Assembly: GCA_963848295.1 (NCBI GenBank) | Contig: CAWKDB010000010.1 | Coordinates: forward strand, 3,136,001 to 3,200,000 | Reading direction: 5' to 3' | DNA from: an uncultured delta proteobacterium | GTDB lineage: Bacteria; Myxococcota_A; Polyangia; Haliangiales; Haliangiaceae | Length of the DNA: 64,000 bases | Shown here: positions 9,831 through 20,379 of the stretch, in pieces | How the letters are laid out: each line of letters starts with the position of its first letter | Position numbering within the stretch: position 1 is the first letter of the stretch | Notes under the pieces: generated by a model | Databases searched by the model: none | What the model was told of the DNA's origin: nothing | Seen by the model: only the letters and a program-made list of their open reading frames with translations | Made by a program: the position numbers and the translations under genes

Positions 9831-12494
9831 TCAGCGCCGGCGACGCAAGCGGATTCCTGCGAACGCGACGACGAGCAAGCTCCCGAGTCCGCCGCCGCCC
9901 GCGTTGCATCCACCGCCGCCCGCCGTGATCTCGACCGTGCAGGTCGCCGAGCAGCCATCGCCGGGCATCGTGTTGCCGTCGTCACATTGCTCGCCCGGGT
10001 CGACCACGCCATCGCCGCACATCGGAGTCTTGCCGAATCCGACGACGCACACGTCGTCGAGCGTCCAGCCGCCGAGCTCGACGCCATCGCTGTCGCTCGT
10101 CAGTTGCCACGCGATCGTATGCGAGGCCGCCGACAACGGGAGCACGTGCAATCGCCACTCGCGATCGATGTGATCGACGGTCAGATCGTTCGACCACGCG
10201 ACCGCGCCGTCGATCGCGATCGCCGCCTGGTCGTGCATCCCGTCCTCGACCGACAGCCAGCGCTCGTAGGCCAGGAACGAGCTGCTGTAGCTCGTAGTAT
10301 CGACCACAGGCATCGTCGCCGCGGTCGTGTCACCCGGTTGGTAGTCGCCGGACGTCAGCGCGGTCCCGAACACATCGACCCCGGTGTACGCCCCGGCAGG
10401 ATCGCCCTCGGGCGATGCGCCCGGTGTGCCGAATTGCCACTCGCCGCCGAACGTGCCGGTCGTTACCCACCTCGGATTGCTGTTGAACGGCTGGCACGTG
10501 ATCGGCGTCGGCGTACCGGTCAGCAGCTCGTACCAAGGATCGGCCGGGTTGTTCGGGCCGACCGATTCGGTGCCGTCGTCGAACGTCGCGGTGACCGCGT
10601 ACTGCACGATCGTGCCGTCGGGCATGGCTGGAAGCTCGCCGGACCACGTGCCACCGTTGTCGACGAGCGCGATCGGGCTCGCGCTGCCGTTGATCGTCAC
10701 GCTCATCGCCGTGACTTGCTGCGCCGGGCACATCCCGCCGGTCGGAGTGGTCACCGGAATCGACAGCGTACGGCCCGCGAGCTGGGCGCGGCCGATCGTG
10801 GTCGGCGCGTAGTCTGGCGCGAGGCCGTGACGACCGAACGCGCGCTGGATCGCGCAGAAGTGCGGCGTGCCGTTGCCGAGATCGCCGTCGTCGTCGTCCG
10901 CGATCAGCGCGGGCATGTAGCTGGTCGGAACGTCGGATGCGCGCTGCATCACTCCGACGAACACTTGCTCGGTCGCGCTCACGCCGGCATCGTGGCCGAG
11001 CTCGGAGATCAGCTCTTTGCGCAGGTCCCAGAGTGCGCCGCTGATGATCTCGCCGGTGATATGCGGATCTTCATCGGCGTCTTCGGGCCATACCCGCTCG
11101 TAACCGATCGGATCGATGTCGCGCAACGGCGCGTCGGTGTAATAAATGCCGCGGCCGACGCCGGAGTCCTCGTTGATGTTTGCCGCGTTGAAATCGGCGA
11201 GCCCCTCCGATAACCGCGCCTCGAACAAGCCCATCCCGGGGATGATCGAGTTGAAGTGGACGCAGTGGCCGAACTCGTGGAACACGACGTCGGCGAGCCG
11301 CCCGGTGTTCTGGCAGCTCGCGTCGGCGCGGAACAAGTGGACCGCGGTGCCGGTCGAGTACGCGTTGCAGGTCTGGGGGTCGTTGACGTAGAAATCTAGC
11401 GGCTGGGCGAGCCACGCGGCGAGCGCCGGCTCGTAGATCCGCGCGCGTGCCTTCGCGATCGTCGCGTAGACGTACGTCGACAGCTGCGAGTCGGCGAGCT
11501 CCTCGGTCGCGCGACTCCACGCGACGGTACCGCCCGGCTCGGCGTCGAGCATGTCGGTCACGGGGTCGCCGTCGTCATCGATCACGACGACCTGCGAGCC
11601 GGTCGCGCTCGGGATCGCGGTCGCGGCGGCAGCGCCGGCCCAGCTGAACGTGCCATCGGCGGCGGTCATGGTCGCGACGCCGTCGACCGTGAGGTTCGCG
11701 AGCTCGGCGGGGTACGCCATCCGCGGACCGGTCGCGTAGCGCACGCCGGCGTCGAACGTCAGGTTCCCGGTCGCGTACATGATCGTCGAGCGGCGGGCGA
11801 GCGGAGTACCGTCGGGCAACGCGTAGACGTCCCAGCGCTGCGACGGTGCGCGTGCGTCGAGCACGTCGACGACCGCGTACGAGATGTCATTCGGTCCGCG
11901 CACGAGCGGCAAGATCGCGCGCTCGCCGGTCGCGGTGACGGTCGCGTGATGGCCGGCCGCGGCGAGCCACCGCGTCGCGTTCGCCGAGGCCTGCGCGGAC
12001 GCGCGCGGCGCGGCAGTCACGTGGACATCCGGCAACACCGACGACGACACCGCGAACAACCGGTCGCGCTCGAACACCACGCCGAGCTCGCCGCCGATCA
12101 CGCGCGAGCCATTCACGACCTGGCGAAACCCGACCGTGCGTACCGCGCCATCGAGGCGGTTGCTGATCACCACGAGCTCGGCGCCCGGCGCGAGCACGTC
12201 GGCATGACCGGCGATGAACGCGCGCGCGGCACGTTCTGCGATCGCCGCGTCGGCGACCGCCCCGGGGACGTCGACATGACCTCCCGCCAGCGTGATCGCG
12301 ACGCCGGTGTCGCGATCCCACATCGCGCGCCAGCCGGCCGTGGCGAGCGGTGCGAACGCGGTCCTGGCCCGGGTCGGCGTCGCCTCGGTCACGCGTCGCC
12401 CATCGCGTACGGGCTTGCCCGCGACGACGAAGTCCGGCTCGTGCGGCGCGAAGCCGGCGAGCAAGACCGCGATCGCCGTGACGAAGCCGCGCAT
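9831..12494 (-). CDS. Secreted M36/M4-like metallopeptidase with Cys-rich repeat and MYXO-CTERM
   Basis: HEFGH...EGLAD zinc motif; CGDGVVDPGEQCDDGN repeat; GGGGC-hydrophobic-RRRR tail. Confidence 0.85.
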   Translation of the reverse strand: MRGFVTAIAVLLAGFAPHEPDFVVAGKPVRDGRRVTEATPTRARTAFAPLATAGWRAMWDRDTGVAITLAGGHVDVPGAVADAAIAERAARAFIAGHADVLAPGAELVVISNRLDGAVRTVGFRQVVNGSRVIGGELGVVFERDRLFAVSSSVLPDVHVTAAPRASAQASANATRWLAAAGHHATVTATGERAILPLVRGPNDISYAVVDVLDARAPSQRWDVYALPDGTPLARRSTIMYATGNLTFDAGVRYATGPRMAYPAELANLTVDGVATMTAADGTFSWAGAAAATAIPSATGSQVVVIDDDGDPVTDMLDAEPGGTVAWSRATEELADSQLSTYVYATIAKARARIYEPALAAWLAQPLDFYVNDPQTCNAYSTGTAVHLFRADASCQNTGRLADVVFHEFGHCVHFNSIIPGMGLFEARLSEGLADFNAANINEDSGVGRGIYYTDAPLRDIDPIGYERVWPEDADEDPHITGEIISGALWDLRKELISELGHDAGVSATEQVFVGVMQRASDVPTSYMPALIADDDDGDLGNGTPHFCAIQRAFGRHGLAPDYAPTTIGRAQLAGRTLSIPVTTPTGGMCPAQQVTAMSVTINGSASPIALVDNGGTWSGELPAMPDGTIVQYAVTATFDDGTESVGPNNPADPWYELLTGTPTPITCQPFNSNPRWVTTGTFGGEWQFGTPGASPEGDPAGAYTGVDVFGTALTSGDYQPGDTTAATMPVVDTTSYSSSFLAYERWLSVEDGMHDQAAIAIDGAVAWSNDLTVDHIDREWRLHVLPLSAASHTIAWQLTSDSDGVELGGWTLDDVCVVGFGKTPMCGDGVVDPGEQCDDGNTMPGDGCSATCTVEITAGGGGCNAGGGGLGSLLVVAFAGIRLRRRR

Positions 12495-12592
12495 ACCCGG
12501 GACCATCGCACGACTCCCTCCGTCCGAGCGCGACCGGTGTCACGTCGACCGCGGCGGTTGACTCGGGGCTACTTGCCGCCGAGCATCGTCGG

Positions 12593-13699
12593 ATGGGGAA
12601 GCTCGGCCACGCGCTCGCGTTCGCTGCCTCGCTCGCGGCTTGCTCGAGCACGGGAGCGAACCATCCAGACGGTGCGGGCGGCGGCGGCGGCGACGCGACT
12701 CACGACGGCAGCGCGGGTGCGCTACCTGCCGGCTGGTTGTACACGACGGGCAACGCGATCGACGTCTCCGACGGCGCGGGAGGTGGCACGCCGTGGATGG
12801 GCCGCGGGGTGAACCTCGATGACATCTTCTTGTGCGGCTACAACTACATGTTGCTCGACGCCGATCCGGATCTGACGCTCGAGGCGATGCTCGGGGAGCT
12901 GATGACCGACTGGAAGCCGAGCTTCGTGCGGATCTCGCTCGGCATGGCGAGCTATCCCACGACCGTCAGCTGGCTCGCGGATCCGGCGCAATACAAGGCG
13001 CCGATGACCGCGGTGATCACCACGATCGCGAGCACGCCGGGCGTGCACGTCCTCGTCACGTTGCGCAGCGACGCGTCGATGACCGACCACGACACCGGTG
13101 ACCCCGAGCCAACCGGGCTCCCGTCCGATAGCACGACGACCCCGGACGCCAGCGCGTTCCCGAACGGCACCGATCCGGTCTACGTCGCGCTCGTCGACAG
13201 CTTCGCGAGCTCCGGCGCGGTCATGTTCGGGATCTCGAACGAGCCGGGCGGCACGCAGGTCGATGCTGCGACGATCTCGGCGGCGATGAGCCACGCGGTC
13301 GGCACGATCCGCGCCGAGGAAGACCGGCTCGGCGTCCCGCATCACATCGTGTCGGTCCAGGGCACCGGCTACACGAGCGACGTCGGCGGCTACGACACGA
13401 CGCCGCTGCCGTACGACAACGTCGTCTACGAGGTCCACGGCTATCCGCCGCCGACCGCGGGCTACACGTACGAGCATATTCCCGTGATCCTCGGCGAGTA
13501 CGGAGACCTCACGGCCGACGACTCGGCGGCGTTCTACACCGATGTCGAGACCAAGGGCATCCCGAACCTCGCGTGGGACTTCGAGTCCTACAGCGACTGC
13601 ATGCCGGATCTGCTGGTGGTCAACGACAGCGACTCGGACCTCGAGCCGACGCCGTGGGGGGCGATCGTGAAGGCATACCTGACCGACCACGCGATGTAA
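12593..13699 (+). CDS. Glycoside hydrolase family 5 lipoprotein
   Basis: LAAC lipobox; RGVN, NEP, EVHGY and GEYG motifs. Confidence 0.85.
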   Translation: MGKLGHALAFAASLAACSSTGANHPDGAGGGGGDATHDGSAGALPAGWLYTTGNAIDVSDGAGGGTPWMGRGVNLDDIFLCGYNYMLLDADPDLTLEAMLGELMTDWKPSFVRISLGMASYPTTVSWLADPAQYKAPMTAVITTIASTPGVHVLVTLRSDASMTDHDTGDPEPTGLPSDSTTTPDASAFPNGTDPVYVALVDSFASSGAVMFGISNEPGGTQVDAATISAAMSHAVGTIRAEEDRLGVPHHIVSVQGTGYTSDVGGYDTTPLPYDNVVYEVHGYPPPTAGYTYEHIPVILGEYGDLTADDSAAFYTDVETKGIPNLAWDFESYSDCMPDLLVVNDSDSDLEPTPWGAIVKAYLTDHAM

Positions 13700-13753
13700 C
13701 TGTTACGACGTTCGTGGAATGACCGCGCCCGCGACGATGGTAGCGTCGACACC

Positions 13754-15013
13754 GTGAAGCTGACCCGCGCGCTCGCCCTCGCCTGCCTGCTCTCGCTCGT
13801 CGCCGCGTGCAGTAAGCACGACGATGCCAAACCGTCGCCCGCCGCCGCGCACGCCGCCGAGCCGGCCGAGAAGGCGAAGGCCGAGCCCACCGGCCCGGTG
13901 CCACCTCAGATCGAGGACGCGATCACCCAGGCGAACGCGAGCCACAAGCCGCTCGTGCTCGAGTTCTACACGTCGTGGTGTAAACCGTGTCAGGAGTTCG
14001 CGAAGACGACGCTGGTCGACAAGCGCGTCGAAGCCGCGCTCGGCGACGTCATGTTCGTGCGCTACAACACCGAGGTCGCGCCCGGCATCGCGGCGGGCTC
14101 GCGCTACAAGGTCTCGTCGTTTCCGACGTTCATCACCGTCGACAAGCAGGGCGAGGTCGTGCGCCAGACCAGCGGGATGGAGATGGGCGAGGCCGGCGTC
14201 AGAACGTTCCTCGCGATGATCAGCGACGCTCGCCTCACGACCCGCGACGAAGCCGAAGTGCGCGCCGAGCTCGGTGCGAAACCGAAGGATGCCGGCGTCG
14301 AGCTCTCGGCGGGTCGGTGGTACGCCGATCACGGCCGGACGTCCGACGCGGTGCAACAGCTCGACGCGGTCGCGGCGAATCCGTCGGCCACCGCGGCGCA
14401 ACGCGCGGAATCGACCTCCACCGCGAAGCGCCTGCGCCGGCTCGCGCTGTGGAAGCAGCAACTCGTCGCGGAGAAGCTCGACGCCGCCAGGGCCGCGCCG
14501 GGATCGATCGGCGAGCGCGATCTCGAGATCGCGACCGTCGACTCGGGCGCGTCGCCCGCCGACATCCACGCGGTGTTCGCGAAGGTGTTCGCGGCGCAGA
14601 CCGATCCGTCGGTCGTCAACGGATTGCTCTATGTCGCGCTCGCCGCCGGCGCGAAGGACGAGGCGCTCGCCGCGGCCAAGCAAGTCCTGGGCGCGAGCAA
14701 GGATCCGGGGCAGCTCGATACGCTCGCCGAGTGCTTCCACGTCCACGGCGACCACGCCGACGCGCTGCGCGTCGAGGACCAAGCGATCGCGCTGTCGGGC
14801 GGCAAGAACCCGGCGCTCGCCGAGAATCGCGCGCGGTTCGCCAAGGGCGAAGGCGATTCCAACGAAGTCATCGGCCACCACGCCGACGTCGCGAAGCTGT
14901 GGCAGCGCCTCGATCACGTCGAGGACGAGCCGGCGCCGGACTTCAGCAGCGGCATGCCCGCCGGCTTTCCGCCGCCGGGGGCCCACGTCATCAACCTCAC
15001 CCCGCCGATCTAG
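13754..15013 (+). CDS. Thioredoxin-domain/TPR lipoprotein
   Basis: Lipobox; WCKPC; FPTF cis-Pro loop; TPR-like helices. Confidence 0.85.
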   Translation: MKLTRALALACLLSLVAACSKHDDAKPSPAAAHAAEPAEKAKAEPTGPVPPQIEDAITQANASHKPLVLEFYTSWCKPCQEFAKTTLVDKRVEAALGDVMFVRYNTEVAPGIAAGSRYKVSSFPTFITVDKQGEVVRQTSGMEMGEAGVRTFLAMISDARLTTRDEAEVRAELGAKPKDAGVELSAGRWYADHGRTSDAVQQLDAVAANPSATAAQRAESTSTAKRLRRLALWKQQLVAEKLDAARAAPGSIGERDLEIATVDSGASPADIHAVFAKVFAAQTDPSVVNGLLYVALAAGAKDEALAAAKQVLGASKDPGQLDTLAECFHVHGDHADALRVEDQAIALSGGKNPALAENRARFAKGEGDSNEVIGHHADVAKLWQRLDHVEDEPAPDFSSGMPAGFPPPGAHVINLTPPI

Positions 15014-15039
15014 CGTAGGCGATCCGGTTCGAATCGCGG

Positions 15040-16284
15040 CTACGCGCGCGCGATCGGCGAGGCCTTGACGCCCTTCGCCGGCTTCTTCGCGGCGTGCTTG
15101 CCGTTCGTCGCGTGGCCGTTGCCGGCGTGCGCGTGGCCCTTGAGCTTCTCGATCAGCGGCGTCTTCTCCCACGTGAAGTCGGGGAGCTCGCGGCCGAAGT
15201 GGCCGTACGCCGCGGTGCTGCGGAAGATCGGCCGGCGCAGGTCGAGCTCCTGGATCAGCATGCCGGGGCGCGCGTCGAACGTCGCGAGCACGGCCTTGGT
15301 CAGCTTGTCGTCCGACACGATACCGGTCCCGAACGTATCGACGAGCATCGACACCGGCTCGGCGACGCCGATCGCGTACGCGAACTGAACCTCGCAACGG
15401 CGGGCGAGCCCCGACGCGACGACGTGCTTCGCGATGTAGCGCGCGTAGTACGCGGCCGAGCGATCGACCTTGCTCGGATCCTTGCCCGAGAACGCGCCGC
15501 CTCCGTGGCGAGCGTAGCCGCCGTAGGTGTCGACGATGATCTTGCGGCCGGTGAGGCCGGTGTCGCCCTGCGGGCCGCCGATGACGAACCGGCCGGTCGG
15601 GTTGACGTGAAACTTCGTCTTGCTCGAGATCAACTTCGCCGGAACGATCGGCTTGATCACGAGCTCGCGGATCGCTTCCTCGATCGTCTTGTGCTTGACC
15701 TTGTCGTCGTGCTGCGTCGAGACCACGATCGCCTCGATCCCGGTGGCGATGCCGTCGTCGTAGCGGACCGAGACCTGGGTCTTGCCGTCCGGCCGCAGCC
15801 AGTCGATGCCCTTGAGCTTCTTCTTGCGAACCTCGGCGAGCTTCGCGGCGAGCTGGTGCGCCAGCTGGATCGGCAGCGGCATCAGCTCCTTGGTCTCGTC
15901 GCACGCGTAGCCGAACATCAGGCCCTGATCGCCGGCGCCTTGCTTCGTCGGATCGCCGCGATCGACGCCCTGCGCGATGTCGGGCGACTGGTGCTCGACC
16001 GCGACCATGACGGCGCACGTGTCGGCATCGAAGCCCATGTCCGAGCTCGTGAACCCGATGTCGCGAACCGCGGTGCGCACGATCTTCTGGAAGTCGAGCG
16101 TCGCCTTCGTCGTGATCTCACCGGCGACCAGCACGAAGCCGGTCTTCGCGACCGTTTCGCAAGCGACCCGGCTGAGTGGATCGACCGCCAGGCACGCGTC
16201 GAGGATCGAGTCCGAGACGGCGTCGCACAGTTTGTCGGGATGGCCTTCGGTGACCGATTCAGAGGAGAACAGATGGCTCGCCAT
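15040..16284 (-). CDS. metK: S-adenosylmethionine synthetase
   Basis: [26 protein letters not shown]. Confidence 0.99.
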   Translation of the reverse strand: MASHLFSSESVTEGHPDKLCDAVSDSILDACLAVDPLSRVACETVAKTGFVLVAGEITTKATLDFQKIVRTAVRDIGFTSSDMGFDADTCAVMVAVEHQSPDIAQGVDRGDPTKQGAGDQGLMFGYACDETKELMPLPIQLAHQLAAKLAEVRKKKLKGIDWLRPDGKTQVSVRYDDGIATGIEAIVVSTQHDDKVKHKTIEEAIRELVIKPIVPAKLISSKTKFHVNPTGRFVIGGPQGDTGLTGRKIIVDTYGGYARHGGGAFSGKDPSKVDRSAAYYARYIAKHVVASGLARRCEVQFAYAIGVAEPVSMLVDTFGTGIVSDDKLTKAVLATFDARPGMLIQELDLRRPIFRSTAAYGHFGRELPDFTWEKTPLIEKLKGHAHAGNGHATNGKHAAKKPAKGVKASPIARA

Positions 16285-16353
16285 AGATGGGCGGGACTAT
16301 TCAGGGAAGCGGTTCGGCTGTCAACGCAAGGATCGAGGTACTCTAAGCCTTAG

Positions 16354-17182
16354 ATGCGCCAACTGTTGTTAAGCGCCGTCGGGGTCGCGCTCGTGGTCAC
16401 AGGTCTCGGAGCCTGCGGCGGCGCCCCGCCCGATGCCGAAACGAGGCGTGATCGAAGGCGATATCGGGACGTGGAAGTACCGACGATATCAGCCAGTCCT
16501 CGACGTCGAGGTCTGGGTGGAGAACAACAAGGCCGAGGCGTACACCGCGAGCTACATCGCCGGCGACGCCGAGAAGCGCGGCCGTGTCGAGGATAAAGAC
16601 GTCGTCAGCGTATTTGTTACGAGATACGAGAAGAACGACGGCGTGCTGCGGGAGAGCGTCAAGCTCGCCCGCAGGCTCGCGGCCGAAGACGGCTACCAGG
16701 TCGAAGAGGACAAGATCGCAGGCGCGCGCGCCTTCACGATCGTGGGTCACGGCGAAGCATGGGTGATGTGGGCGGCGAAGAACCACGTCGTCAAGGTCGG
16801 CGGCCGCGGTCACTCCGACGTGCCGAAAGAGCTGATCTCGAGCTACGCGGCGCGCTATCCGTCGGCGATCCCCGGCGGTGCGCTCGAAGGCCCGCTGCCG
16901 CCGGGGCCGGACAACGTCGGGCCCAAACAACCCGACAAAGACGCATACGACCCCAACAACCCGAAGGCCGATCTCGATCGCTACGATCCGAAGAAAGCGA
17001 AGATCAAGAAGGACGAGGTCGACAAGCCGGCGGACGAGGAGCTGACGCCGACCGACTCCTCGCACGACCAGGACAAGGACGACGACTCGAAGGCCAAAGC
17101 CAAAGGCAAGTCGAAGTCCAAGTCGAAGTCGAAGTCGAAAACCAAGGCCAAGCCGAAGTCGGACGACGACGAAGACCAGTAA
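16354..17182 (+). CDS. Lipoprotein with Lys/Ser/Asp low-complexity tail; apparent frameshift near 16425-16432
   Basis: Signal peptide [21 protein letters not shown] in one frame; body [10 protein letters not shown]... in the next frame. Confidence 0.7.
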
Positions 17183-17183
17183 C

Positions 17184-18443
17184 GTGTTGCGGCAATTTCG
17201 CGCGGGCACACCTGACGCCGCAGGGTTGCTCGATCGCTCGACGCGGTTCGCCGATGGCGTCGACGACGCGGTGTCGGCGATCTTGCACGACGTGCGCACG
17301 CGCGGCGACGAGGCGGTCGCCGACTACACGCGGCGGTTCGACAATCGCGAGCCGCCCTACGAGCTGACGGTCGCGGCGCGCGATGCGCTCGCCGATCGCG
17401 TCTCGGCGCCGGTGTCGCGCGCGCTCGAGCTCGCGGCGGCGCGCATCCGCTCGTTTCACGAGTGCCAGGTCGATCACGACCTCGACGTGACGCTCGACGG
17501 CGTGCGGCTCGAGCTGCGCGGCACACCGCTCGCGCGCGTCGGCTTGTACGTACCGGGCGGCACCGCGCGCTATCCCTCGAGCGTGCTCATGACCGCGATC
17601 CCGGCGGTCGTCGCCGGGGTCGGCGAGATCGTGATGGTGACCCCGGGCGCATCGCCCGAGGCGATGGCGGCGGCGCGACTCGCGCGGGTCGATCGCGTGT
17701 TCGAGCTCGGCGGCGCGCAGGCGATCGGGGCGCTCGCGTTCGGCACGCAGAGGATCCCGCGCGTCGACAAGATCGTCGGGCCGGGCAATGCGTGGGTCGC
17801 GTCCGCCAAGCGCCAGGTCTACGGCGAGGTCGACATCGATTCGATCGCCGGCCCGTCCGAGGTGCTGATCCTCGCCGACGGTGACGCGCCCGCCGCGTGG
17901 ATCGCCGCCGACTTGCTCGCCCAGGCCGAGCACGATCGCGAGGCGCGCGCGGTCCTGGTCACGACGTCGGTCGCGCTCGCCGCGGCGGTCGATCGCGAGC
18001 TCGTGCGTCAGCTCGCCGACTTGCCGCGGCGCGACATCGCCGAGCACGCGGTGCGCAACCACGGCGCTGCCGTGATCGTCGATTCGATCGACGGCGGCGA
18101 TCGCGTTCGCGAACGCGTTCGCACCCGAGCACCTCGAGCTCCAGCTCGACGATGCGCGCGCGGTCGCGGCGCGGTGCACGACCGCCGGCGCGATCTTCAT
18201 CGGCCGGTACTCGTCGGAGGCGGCCGGTGACTACGTCGCCGGCGGTAACCACGTGCTGCCGACCGGAGGTGCCGCGCGCTACGCCTCGCCGCTCGGCGTC
18301 GCCGACTTTCGCAAGCGCACGCGGTCATCGAGTACAGCGCGGCCGCGGCCGCGGCCCACGCCGATGCGATCGCGATCCTCGCCGATGCCGAGGGCCTCGC
18401 CGCGCACGGTCGCTCCGCGCTGCTGCGCAAGGAGTCACCGTGA
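17184..18443 (+). CDS. hisD: Histidinol dehydrogenase with two apparent frameshifts (~18093, ~18322)
   Basis: GLYVPGG, GGAQAI, VGPGN, AGPSE, QAEHD in frame 1; APEHLEL and [13 protein letters not shown] in frame 2; EGLAAHGRS in frame 3. Confidence 0.93.
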
Positions 18444-19576
18444 GCTCCGATGATCGGACGCGCGATCTCGGGCCGCTCGCGGCGCGCGTGCCCGCGGCGT
18501 TGCGCGCGATCGCCGCCTATCACGTGCCGCAACCGCCGCAGCTCCGCGCGAAGCTCGATGCGAACGAGCTGCCGTACGCCATGCCCGCCGAGCTCCGGGC
18601 TCGCCTCGGCGCGGCGCTCGCCGAGGTCCCGATCGAGCGCTATCCAGATCCGGCAGCGCGCGAGCTCCGCGCCGTCGTCGCGGCCCAGCTCGGCGTCGCC
18701 GGCGATCAGCTGACGTTCGGCAACGGCTCCGACGAGCTGATCGCGCTGCTGTGCTCGGCGTTCGGCCCCGAGACCCGGGGCGAGCCCGGGTCTCTCCATT
18801 CCGGGGGCGGCGTGCTCTATCCCGTGCCGAGCTTCGTCTACTACCGGCTCGCCGCGGTCGCGCGCGGGGTCGCGCATATCGAGGTGCCACTCGATGCGCG
18901 GTTCGAGCTCGATGAGCCCGCGATGATCCGCGCGATCGAGACGCATCGGCCGGGCGTCGTGTTCCTCGCGCTGCCGAACAACCCGACCGGCACGTTGTGG
19001 CGGATGGAGTTCGCGCTCGAGCTCGCGGCGCGGTTTCGCGACGTCGCGATCGTGTCCGACGAGGCGTACCTCGCGTACAGCGGGCGCACGGTGCTCGCGG
19101 AGCTCGGCGCGCATCCGAACTTGATCATCATGCGGACGCTGTCGAAGCTCGGCATGGCCGGACTGCGCGTCGGCTACTCGATCGCATCGCCCGCGATCGC
19201 CGGGCTGCTCGAGCGCGTTCGTCCGCCGTACAACGTCAGCGCGCTCGATCAGGCGGCGGCGGTGTTCCTGTTGCGCGAGGCGTCCGCGTGGTGCGCCGCT
19301 CGCGCTGCCGACGTCGTCGTCGAGCGAGGTCGCTTGGCGACGGCGCTCGCCGCGCTGCCCGGGGTCGAAGTATTCTCGAGCGCCGCGAACCTCGTGCTGA
19401 TCCGATTCGCGGGCGCGGCCGTAGCCCATCAGATGCTCGCTGATCGCGGGATCTCGGTGCGGTCGTTTGCGGTCGGACCGGGTCCGCTCGTAGACTGTCT
19501 GCGAGTGACCGTAGGAACTCCGGAGCAGAATTCACAGCTGGTCGCCGCGCTGACTGACTGGGGTCGTTTGCCATGA
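18440..19576 (+). CDS. hisC: Histidinol-phosphate aminotransferase
   Basis: [43 protein letters not shown] overlaps hisD stop. Confidence 0.96.
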   Translation: MSSDDRTRDLGPLAARVPAALRAIAAYHVPQPPQLRAKLDANELPYAMPAELRARLGAALAEVPIERYPDPAARELRAVVAAQLGVAGDQLTFGNGSDELIALLCSAFGPETRGEPGSLHSGGGVLYPVPSFVYYRLAAVARGVAHIEVPLDARFELDEPAMIRAIETHRPGVVFLALPNNPTGTLWRMEFALELAARFRDVAIVSDEAYLAYSGRTVLAELGAHPNLIIMRTLSKLGMAGLRVGYSIASPAIAGLLERVRPPYNVSALDQAAAVFLLREASAWCAARAADVVVERGRLATALAALPGVEVFSSAANLVLIRFAGAAVAHQMLADRGISVRSFAVGPGPLVDCLRVTVGTPEQNSQLVAALTDWGRLP

Positions 19577-19703
19577 GGTGGGGTGCCGAGTCTCAGATCG
19601 TGCGTGCGTCACGAGGCTACCCGCTGATTTTCAAGGGTTTTGCGGGTTCCGTTGGGGTGCTCTGGCCTTTGCATGACCCTTCCTTTACAACGGAGCTTGC
19701 GCC

Positions 19704-20261
19704 TTGAGAGGTATCGCTAAAGCCGCGTGGTTGACGGTGTTGATCGCGCTCGGCGCGTGCGATGTCGGCGTCTTTGGCGCGACCGACGGCGGTGGTGGTG
19801 GTGGTGGTGGCAGCGATGGCGGTAGCAACTGTGCGGCGCTGGTCAGTCCGGCGACGCCCGAGCACGATCATATCGACGGCACCGGGACGCACGCGAACAT
19901 GGCGTGTCTCGCCTCCGGCTGTCACGGGACCACGCCGGGCGCCGGCGGTGGCTTTGCGTTCGCCGGCACGATCTACACCGACTCGACCGGCACCACTCCG
20001 CTCGGCGGCGGCACGGTGACCGTGACTGCGGGCAGCACGACGATCAGCGCGGTATCCGACGCGGCCGGCAACTTCTACTACATGACCGCGGCGACGATGC
20101 CGCTGCCCGCGAACACCGCGAGCACGACGTGTCCGACGGCGGCGGCGATGGCGGTCCAGATCGACATGAACGGCGCAGGCATCGGCAGCACCGGCGGCGA
20201 CTGCAACGCGTGCCACACCGGAACGCCGACCGCCGTGCAGACGCTGAAGCTGTACCAGTAG
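19704..20261 (+). CDS. Lipoprotein with haem-c-like motifs
   Basis: LGAC lipobox; CLASGCH and CNACH; GGAG upstream. Confidence 0.75.
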   Translation: MRGIAKAAWLTVLIALGACDVGVFGATDGGGGGGGGSDGGSNCAALVSPATPEHDHIDGTGTHANMACLASGCHGTTPGAGGGFAFAGTIYTDSTGTTPLGGGTVTVTAGSTTISAVSDAAGNFYYMTAATMPLPANTASTTCPTAAAMAVQIDMNGAGIGSTGGDCNACHTGTPTAVQTLKLYQ

Positions 20262-20269
20262 CGGCTAGT

Positions 20270-20368
20270 CACCCGACCGACGGCACTTCCGGCGGCAACT
20301 GCAACGGTTGCCACACGGCGAAGGGCGGCGGCACGACGTCGCCGCTCTATCAGGCCGGCACGATGTAG
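20270..20368 (+). pseudogene. Orphan alternative C-terminus of the preceding gene
   Basis: HPTDGTSGGNCNGCHTAKGGGTTSPLYQAGTM* parallels GSTGGDCNACHTGTPTAVQTLKLYQ*. Confidence 0.7.
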
Positions 20369-20379
20369 CGCTATTCGAG

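Noticed and set aside
17085..17165. AAGTCG-type short tandem repeat as a contingency locus
   Set aside because: An imperfect in-frame codon repeat encoding a KS-rich tail; length changes would not shift the frame.
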